Assembly: GCF_009834535.1 (NCBI RefSeq)
Contig: NC_045696.1
Span: 94,428,001-94,492,000 of the forward strand
DNA length: 64,000 bases
Direction of reading: 5' to 3'
Source of the DNA: Camelus ferus
Lineage: Eukaryota
Shown here piece after piece: positions 55,101 to 64,000 of this stretch. The position numbers were made by a program, and so were the translations under genes. A model generated the notes under the pieces. That model ran no database searches, was not told the origin of the DNA, and saw only the letters and a program-made list of their open reading frames with translations. How positions within the stretch are numbered: position 1 is the first letter of the stretch; every line of letters starts with the position of its first letter.

Positions 55101-57439
55101 CCTGGTCTATTTCTTTTAACACCCAAGGCTATTAGACAGAAAGCCTTGACCTTGGGTGAGAGAAGTTTGGAGGCACCTGGAGGTAGAGAAAGAGCATTCC
55201 CCCGGCAAGGGTAATGCTCTTCTAAGGCTTATAACATTTCCATTGTTATTTCTGCAGCTATTCAGCCATCATGTTCTATGAAACAGACAGTACACACATA
55301 GGCTTTTTACCCTGGCTTTTCCTTTTCTAATATCTTTATTTTGATTCATTTCGTCATCAGCTGGATTCGGCATTAAATGGTAGTTTGTTTGTTTTAAAGA
55401 AGGCTTTATATGCTGCGCTCCCTGGGTTGTTTTATGTTTTAAAATGTGGTTCTGAAGCTTTTATATTTTAATAATGTCATGAGCTCGTGGAGACATTCTG
55501 TTTCTCTCAGAACTTTGGAAATATTGTTTCTTTCTCCTGGCTCTGAATTATATTATGGAGAAATAAGAGAGGAAATTTGTTCTCTTTGGGAAGTGATAAA
55601 ACATAACCAGGATATGTATAGGTGATGTTCTGTGTCCATTTTCCCTGTAACAGTCCTTTCTTTCAATCTTCCTTAATTTTAGGTAGGTTTTCTGTATGAA
55701 ATCTTTGAACACTTTTTATATTCTATTTGTCCATTTCTTGACTTAGGTCTGGCCTCTAGACATAGTATCTTCTTTCCAATTGCTTTAATTCATTTGTTTT
55801 TTCTTATTCTATCCATTTGATTATGTCAAACTACTCTTATCAGTAATTTGAGTTTGTTACAGCTTTTTGTTCCTACTTCTTATTTCTTAATTCTATAACG
55901 ATATTATTTGATCCTCAGTGTTTTTCTTGACCCTTTAATTTCCCCATTTCCATCTCATCCTGGTATCTTGTCTTTGGATTACTATTTTCCTGAATTTATG
56001 TTCTGACTAAATTCCACAGAGTAAAGCAACAGTGAGTAATGCTCCTTGTTCTCTGAGGTGTTTTTTTTCCCCCAAATTGGCTGACACTTTCTGAAGTTTA
56101 TAACATTAGCTGTATCCCTATTTTAGTTTGATTATTGCTGAAAGGGGGGATTTTTTAATGGTTTTAATTTGGAGTTGTTGCCTTCATTGTTTTTCATTAA
56201 CTTCATTTGGGAAATATTTGATTATCTTTTATAACATATTTATGCCTGAAACAGCATCTATGACACTTGCTTTCTCTTTATCCAAATTTTCTTTTCTTCT
56301 TCCGTTCCTCCTCTCTTCCTTCCCTTCTTTTGATTTTGAATTACATAAAATTCTAATTTTAAACCATGTTTGACCTATGAAAACAGCAGTTCAAACTATA
56401 CAAGATACAGAATCATATTGAGTTGAAATTTCAAGCCAATAATCTGATGTTAATTTGCCAAATATCAAGATGGTGTTTAATCATATTTCTAAAAATCCTC
56501 CACTGAAAGCTCTCTTGTCCTGTGAGCTATGAGATATGGGCTGGTTGCTAAGTAAACTGAAACAATGTAACTGTGGGTTATAGGGTTGTGCAGGTTATGA
56601 GTACAGCATGATTTTTTTTAAATCCTACATTATTTTGTAATCCATGTGTCTTGATAAAGGTTAAGGAAGGCACTGGAAATTTATGCCCACTCTACTAGCC
56701 ATTGAATTATTGACCCTAACCTGTTAAACTATATCTTTTATCTGAGATAAATGAATAAATGCTACCAACATAGGTGTATTTCCAAATACTTCTTTTCTGC
56801 TGATCCACTGATTCAAGAAGTACTTACGCCCTCATATGTGCAGGACCTAGTCAGCTAGGTCCACTCTAGCCTTCTTGATTTGCTGCCGCACTGCTGCCTT
56901 CGGTTTTTAGGACTAATAAATTGATGTCCTACCTCAATATTCAAAAGAATTTTTCTGGAAGCTCTGCTTGCTTGGTAGAGAATCCAAAACTCAGACATTC
57001 CCCACCTTTACCTAGAGGATTCCACACCACTGCCCTGCCCTGATTGTCATTTATCAGGATCTTAAGTCCCCATATTGCTCCTCCTACTACTAATGTCATT
57101 GTGATTAAGAAATTGCAGCTCTGTTTGCTGTTTCCTTCCAACCTGTCTCCATGTAGTCAAGAAGAGCTCACTACTACCATTAGAACTAGAAAAATGAAGA
57201 CCAAAAGAGAAGGATTAATATCCATTCTCTTTAAAAGAAAATACTCTCATTACTCAATAAAATACAGTCTTGCCCTAGGGCTTCAACAAGACAGTAACAG
57301 CACTGCAGAGTCTCCCACCTTTTGGTCCGTATTTTTGGCCTTCTTGTTTAATTACCAGAATTACAGGGTCCTAGTCTTTAAAGATAACTTAATCCAACTT
57401 CTTTTGTTTTGAAGATGAGAAATTAAAAGATAATGATTT

Positions 57440-60400
57440 TTTTCTTACATCTATATTGAATATAATTGACATAAAATATAGTTACTTAAAATGTACAATT
57501 TGGTAAGTTTAGGTATTTGTTTATACCCAACCCTCCTTGCCTGAACTCTCACCATTGGTGTGTTTTTTGTCACTGTAGGTTAGTTGCATTTTATAGAGTT
57601 TTATATAAATGAAATTATACTATGCATACTCTTTTTTGTCTTTTTTTGTATTGCATAATTATTTGAGGCTCATCCTGTTATGAATCCTTTTTTTGCTGAG
57701 CAATATTCCCTTGTATGAATATACCACAAACTTGTTTATCCTTTCACCTATGGATGGAGATTAAAGTTGTTTTCAAGTAAAGTTGATGTGAATATTCGTG
57801 TATAAGTCTTGGAATATACATGCTTTCGTTTCTCTCGGGTAAATACCTACGAGTGGAATGGTTAGATCACATGATAGTTGGGTATTGAGCTTTCAAAAAT
57901 AACTTTAAAGAAAGTAGGTTGTGCCACTTTCCATGGTATTGAAAGTGCCATTTCACATTCCCGTCAGCATTGTAAGAGAGCTCCAGTCCCTCCACATCCT
58001 TGACAACACCTATTATGGTCAGTGTTCTTATTTTTTTCTATCATTTTGTGTATCTCACATTTTTTATTCCTAATTTCTTCACTGTTTTCCTAGCATAAAT
58101 TCCTGGAATCTGAAGCTAAAAAGATGACATTTGTTTTTCTTTGTAATTAAAGTTTTTTTAATTGAAGCATAGTTGATTTACAATATTATATTAGTTTCAG
58201 GTGTATAGCAAAATGATTCAGTATTTTTAGAGATTAAAAGTTAAAAGTTATTATAAGATAATGGCTGTAATTCCCTGTGTGGTATGCTTGTTGCTTATCT
58301 ATTTTATACATAGCAGTTTGTATCTCTTAATCCCATACCCGTCTTGCCCCTCACCTCTTTCCTCTCCCCACTGGTGACCACTAGTTTGTTCTCTATACCT
58401 GTGAGTCTGTTTCTGTCTTGCTACATACATTTGCTTGTTTTATTTTTTTAGATTCCATATATTAGTGGTATCATACAGTATTTGTCTTTCTCAGTCTGAC
58501 TTATTTCAGCAAGAATAATGGTCTCTAGGTCCATCCATGTAACTACAAATAGCAGAACTTCAGTCTTTTTTATGGCTGAGTAACATTGCATTGTGTAAAT
58601 ACACCACAGCTTCTTTATCCAGTCATCTGTTGATAGACACTTGGGTTGCTTCCACGTCTTGGCTATTGTAAATAGTGCTGCTCTGAACATTGGGATGCAT
58701 GTATCTTTTTGAATTAGTGTCTTCAGGGGTTTTTTTTGTTTCTATTTTTTGTTTTTGGATTATATACCCAGGAGTGGAATTGCTGGATCATATGGTAGTT
58801 CTATTTTTATTTTCTTAAGGCATCTCCATACTGGTTTCTATGGTGGCTGCACCAATTTGCATCTTCACCAACAGTGCACAGGGGTTCCTTTTATTCACAT
58901 CCTCACCAACATTTGTTATTTGTAGAATTTTTGATGATAGCCGTTCTGGCAGGTGTGAGGATATCTCATTGTGGTTTTGATTTGTATTTCTCTAATAATT
59001 AGCAGTGTTGGGCATACTTCCATGTGCCTGTTGGCCATCCGTATGTCTTCTTTGGAAAAATGTCCATTCAAATCTTCTGCCCATTTTTTTATTGTTTTTT
59101 TTTTATTGAGTTGTATGAGCTGTGTTTATGTATGTATGTGTATATGTGTATATGTACATGTGTGTGTGTATATATACATGTATGTGTATATATATATATA
59201 TATGATATTAACCCCTTGTTGGTTGCATCATTTGCAGATATTTTTTTCCCATTCTGCAGGTTGTCTTTCATTTTGTCGACGGTTCCCTTTGCTGTACAAA
59301 AGCTTTTAAGTCTGATTAGGTCCCATTCGTTAATTTTTGCTTTTATTTCTTTTACCTTAGGAGACTGATCCAAGAAAATATTGCTGCAATTTATGTCAAA
59401 GAGTGTTCTGCCTATGTTCTCTTCTTGGAGTTGTATGGTTTCTGCTGTTATGTTTAGGTGTTTAAATCATTTTGAGTTTATTTTTGTATATGATGTAAGG
59501 GAATGTTCTAATCTCATTGTTTTACATGTGGATGTCCAGTTTTCCCAGCACCACTTGTTGAATAGACTGTCTTTTCTCCATTGTATATTCTTGCCTCCTT
59601 TGTCGTGGATTAATTGACCATAAGTGTGTGGGTTTGTTTCTGGGCTCTCTATTCTGCTCCTTGATCACAAGCAGAGTCCAGGCTTCTCTCAGCCCTCCTG
59701 TTAGTCCAAACAGTGCTCCAACCAGCCAGAGGGGCTTGTCTCCCTCATGTAGGACCCCAGGGCTGGGGCATCCACTCTGTGACTCACTGCTCAATCCCCA
59801 GGGCAGGTCGCTGCCCATGTTTTCTCCCATTTCCTCTTAGTCGCTTTTCAGGGGGTACAAGTCCTTTTTCCTCTCTAACTACCCAATTACATGTGGATCT
59901 TTCTTACAGCCTTGATTGTATGGGAGTCCTTCTACCAGTTTCCAGTTCGTTTTTAGTGAAGATCGATCCACATGTAGATGTATTTTTGATGTGTTTGTAG
60001 GAAGAGGTGGGCTCCACATCCTCTTACTCTGCCATCTTCGTTTATCTTAGTCTTTAATTTTAAGCATTGCTGTGATATGTAATGATATCTCTTTGTGGTT
60101 TTAATTTTTCATTTTAAAAGAAAAATGATGTTGGACTTACTTTCATGTGTTTATTTACCGTCCACAGATCTTGCTTTTGGAAGTATATACTCAAATTGTT
60201 TGCCTAAATATTTACTGGACTTTTTTTTATTGTTGGGTTTTAAGAGTTTCTGATATATATATTCTGGATATAAGTCCTTTATCAAATATATAACTTACAA
60301 ATTTTTTTTCCAATCTATAGATTGTCTTTTTATTCTTTTAATAGTGTCTCTTAAAAAGCAGAAGTTTTTAATGAGGTCCAGTTTATCAATTAGTTCTTTT

Positions 60401-61020
60401 ATGAACTGTGCTTTTGATGTCATATCAAAGGACTCTTTGCCTAACCCAAGTTCATAGAGGATTTTTTACTAGGTTTTCTTCTATAAATTTTATAACTTTA
60501 GGTTTTACATGTAGGAGTATGATAAATTTTCAGGTAATTTTTATATAGGTTATAAGTGTTTTTCAAAACTTTTTTTCTGGATATGCATATCAAATTATTC
60601 CAACACCATTTTTTGAAGAGTATACTTCCTCCGTTGAATTGCCTTTGCACCTTTCAAATCAATTTTTTATACATATTCATATAGGTGATCTATACCTTCT
60701 GTCTGTCTACCTTGACACCTATAAACATTGTCTTAAATACTGTAGCTTCCTAATGAGTCTTAAAATTAGTTCGTGTGGGTCCTGCAGTTTTTTCTTTTCA
60801 ACAGCGTCTTGGCTATTCTAAATCCTTTGAATTTCCATAGGAATTTTGGAATTATCTTGTCAATTCTACAACAACAACAAAAAGCCTGCTAAGATTTTGA
60901 ATAGAATTGCATTGAATCATTTTGTGGAGCACTTACATCTTAACAATACTAAGTTTAATAGCATATGAACACACTATATATCTCTCTATTAATTTAGGTC
61001 TTTTATTTCTCTCAGCATAT
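57440..61020 (-). mobile_element. Old LINE-1 (L1MB/MC-like) 3' end and ORF2 tail (57440-58030, 60048-61020), split by the younger insertion
   Basis: ccacatccttgacaacacc...ggtcagt resumes as agtctttaattttaagcatt...gatatctctttgtggttttaattt. Confidence 0.85.
58031..60040 (-). mobile_element. LINE-1 with 5'UTR (59667-60040) fused to the ORF2 C-terminus and 3'UTR (58153-59666), plus a probable 3' transduction (58031-58152)
   Basis: ORF 59089-59373 [19 protein letters not shown]; 59972-60038 is homologous to 8816-8882 and ends in gccatctt (AAGATGGC on the minus strand). Confidence 0.88.
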
Positions 61021-62710
61021 ACTAAGAAAACAATTGATTACTAGTCCAGCCTGAAGCACTTTGGAAACACAAGCTTTTGCTTTCACATTCATTTTCATTT
61101 ATTTTAACTCTTGTTAACCATCACTATCCTGTTCAACTTATCTTAAGCTGTTTCAGTCTAACCCCGCTTCCTGGACACACCCTCCATGACGAGTCTCTTC
61201 AGATAGGCTTCTTTAGCTATTCGCTACAGCTACCATTCTGCTGTTATTTCTCATCTCATTATGAGAAGTAATTCTCTGGAATTTGGCGGCGGGAATACCG
61301 CAAAGACAGGAATGGCAAGAGCACTCAGGTTCATAGTGCAGGTTTAATGTGTACAAAGCACTTTCAGGTGATGAGCTATGACTGAACCACCTCGTACCAG
61401 AGGCTCCCTGGGCTTTCTCAGTGAATCTGAAGCGAAAGTTCTTTAGGAATTGAAAGCAAACAGGTAAGCTGTGAATGCTCCAATCGCCTCCTTGGACTGT
61501 AGTAAGCATGTGAGAACGCGAAGGCTACATTAAAATTAAACTGAATTTCTAACATTCTTGTGAACCAGAGGCCAATCTGAGCCAAATATATCCTCTCCTG
61601 ATTCAGTAAACCCCTTTCAGCCCCTTGGTTCACTATAGGAATCATAAAAACCAAAACATGGTTACTCTTTATTAGTAAACTACTGATCTACTTTCTTTTT
61701 GATCAAACACATAGGTCATTTGAGGACATTTTATTTATCAGAGTTGGAGAGAAGAGTCTAGAAACAAACTGCCTGTTCTCATAGAGGATTCTAATTTGTT
61801 ATGTCAAGATCCCATTTTTCTTTCCCATCACATCCCAGCTGACCTCTGTGTTAAAACTTGGCCACTGCTGCTCTGAAGCAGAAGTTGAAAGCTGGAAGTT
61901 TTCAATTTTTTTTGTTTTTAATATTCTTTGTTTAACTTTGTTGTCCTTAGAGTTAATCTTCTGGTTTAAAGCAAATGCTATGTATGCAAAAAGACATCTT
62001 CATCATCACCATGAGACATTTTGGCTAAAACATACTGAGAACCTACTTTTACTCCCAAATATAATTTTATTTTACTAAATAGAAAATTTGAATTTAAAAG
62101 AATACAGTCACATTTGTATTGCTCACTAAGCATCTTTTAATTTTTGCTGTGCAGTGTGGTATTCAGCTTTTTCATATGGCTTGTAAAAATCCAGGAAATT
62201 CCACTGAAATGAAAAATAATTCTAATCTTGCAGAACTTTTCATGTTGATGGTCTGGAATGCTAGAATATTCTAGAAAATCTTAAACATTCATGCATCTTA
62301 ATTAATTAAGATAACACCAATTAATTATATGGATAATATTTGAAGTTCAGGTAATAGCCAAATGTTTAACAAAACATTTTCACCTGTAATGCTTGGATAA
62401 AAGTCTTACAGAAGATCTTGAGTTTGCTAATACTTAATTTTACTTTTCTATGGCTGGAGTGTCTTCTTTTTAATTGCTTCATCTAGTAAAAACATACAAC
62501 AAAATTAAGTCTCTAGTTCTTGTATCTTACCCTACAATTTTGTGCAAAATGCAATCCCTAATAATAGAAACACTCAACACAGCAAGAAGTAATCCTCTGT
62601 AAATAAGATAACCTTTATCCAAGTGGTCACTTAATTATGTTCAAATGAGAAAAAAATCTAAGATAAATTGGTACTGGGGAGTTATGTACTTTTGTGTCTC
62701 TGTGTTCTAG

Positions 62711-62964
62711 TTTTTTTATACTTGAAGTATAGTTGATTTATGTGTTATTTTCAGCTGTATAGCAAAGTGACTCAGTTATATATATATATATATATCATAC
62801 ATACATATATATATACACACACACATATACATGTATGTATATACCATATCTTCTTTAGCCATTCAACTGTCAATGGACATTTAGGTTGCTTCCATGTCTT
62901 GGCTATTGTAAACAGTGCTGCTGTGAACGTTGGGGTGCACGTATCTACTTTTCTATTCATCGAC

Positions 62965-63014
<50 letters not shown>

Positions 63015-63393
63015 AGATAGATACACACACACACACACACACATCAGGGAGCGTAATTCCTCCAGCTTCCGTCTTCTTTCTCAAAATTGTTTTAGCTATT
63101 CAGGGTTTTTTGTGTTTCCATACAAATTTTAAAATTAGTTCTGTGAAAAATGCCATTGGTAATTTGATAGGGATTGCATTGACTCTGTAGGTTGCTTTGT
63201 GTAGTATGGTCATTTTGAAAATACTGCTTCTTCCAGTCCAAGATCACTGTATATCTTTCCATGTATTTGTGTCATGTTCAGTTTCTTTCATCAGTGTCTT
63301 ACAGTTTTCAGAGTACGGATCTTTTGCCTCATTAGGTAGGTTTATTTCTAGGGATTTTTTTTTTTTGATGCAATGGTAAATGGGATTGTTTCC
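62711..63393 (-). mobile_element. 5'-truncated LINE-1 with two internal deletions occupied by microsatellites
   Basis: 3' end ttgaagtatagttgatttat; CTPTFTAALFTIAKTWKQPKCP; ORF2 segment 63044-63393; TSD TGTGTTCTA (62701-62709, 63396-63404). Confidence 0.9.
62964..63043. repeat. (GATA)n(CA)n compound microsatellite
   Basis: Read directly from sequence. Confidence 0.97.
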
Positions 63394-63714
63394 TATGTGT
63401 TCTACTTATTTATGAGAAGAAGAGAAAAAGTTTAAACAGTTATTTAATTACATTATAAGGACATCTGAATTCAATAAAATCTTTGAGAAAGTCCAGAATT
63501 TTTATAGTAAGATATATATTACAGTTTGTTATTAATTACAAAGAAACTTTAGTATTTGGTGTCTTCTTTTCCATCGTATCAGTGTCATTTTGCAACCTAA
63601 AACATCTGGATACACAGAATCTGTGAATTAAATAAATAATAATATGAAAAAAACCTCTCTGCCATTATAAGAACAACAATAAAAATAGTTTAAAAAACCA
63701 CAGAGACTCCAAGA

Positions 63715-63822
63715 TCATCAGCTTCGTGGAAACAAGGATTTTTGTTTCATACACTGATGCACGCAAGCCGTCCAATAGTGTCTGGCACATACTAGGTCTT
63801 CAGTATTTATTGAATGAATAAA
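63715..63822 (+). mobile_element. LINE-2 3' end
   Basis: agcttcgtggaaacaaggatttttgttt...aatagtgtctggcacatactagg...tatttattgaatgaata. Confidence 0.8.
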
Positions 63823-64000
63823 CCTTGTGGACTATTTCAAGGTCTAATCAGAAATGTATGATTTTCATTCCCTATAATAAAAAAAAACGATGAAAGTTGA
63901 GCCACACATCACATATAGAAAATAGAAAAACAAAGGAGAGCTAAGGAAAGAAGTAAAAAGAAAAAATAAGAGAAGATAAAATAGACTTGATATTAGAGAA

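Overview
This window is AT-rich, CpG-depleted mammalian genomic DNA, most likely from a camelid: it carries a vic-1-type tRNA-derived SINE and I recognised no Alu, BovB/Bov-tA or PRE-1 elements. I can support no protein-coding gene, rRNA, true tRNA or CRISPR array. The long ORFs in the track are decayed LINE-1 ORF2 fragments or their antisense shadows. Much of the window is interspersed repeat: young and old L1s (often nested), MIR, L2, MaLR/ERVL LTRs and hAT MITEs (MER20, MER81, MER63, MER5). Repeat subfamily names come from my recall of consensus sequences and are approximate. The most interesting structure is in retrotransposition products. (1) A TSD-bounded L1 (4913-8893) has a ~280-bp 3' transduction, a retained 5' end, an internal deletion of ORF1/EN and a short inverted templated patch at the junction. 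(2) A second L1 (58031-60040) has the same ~370-bp 5'UTR-fused-to-ORF2 design plus a probable 3' transduction. (3) A third L1 has a short transduction (42487-42529). (4) A polyadenylated ERV-LTR-like fragment appears to have been retroposed in trans (30695-30807). Weaker candidates are non-coding exons and a CpG-retaining E2F-motif element near 61.3 kb. I found no evidence for a new protein-based system.
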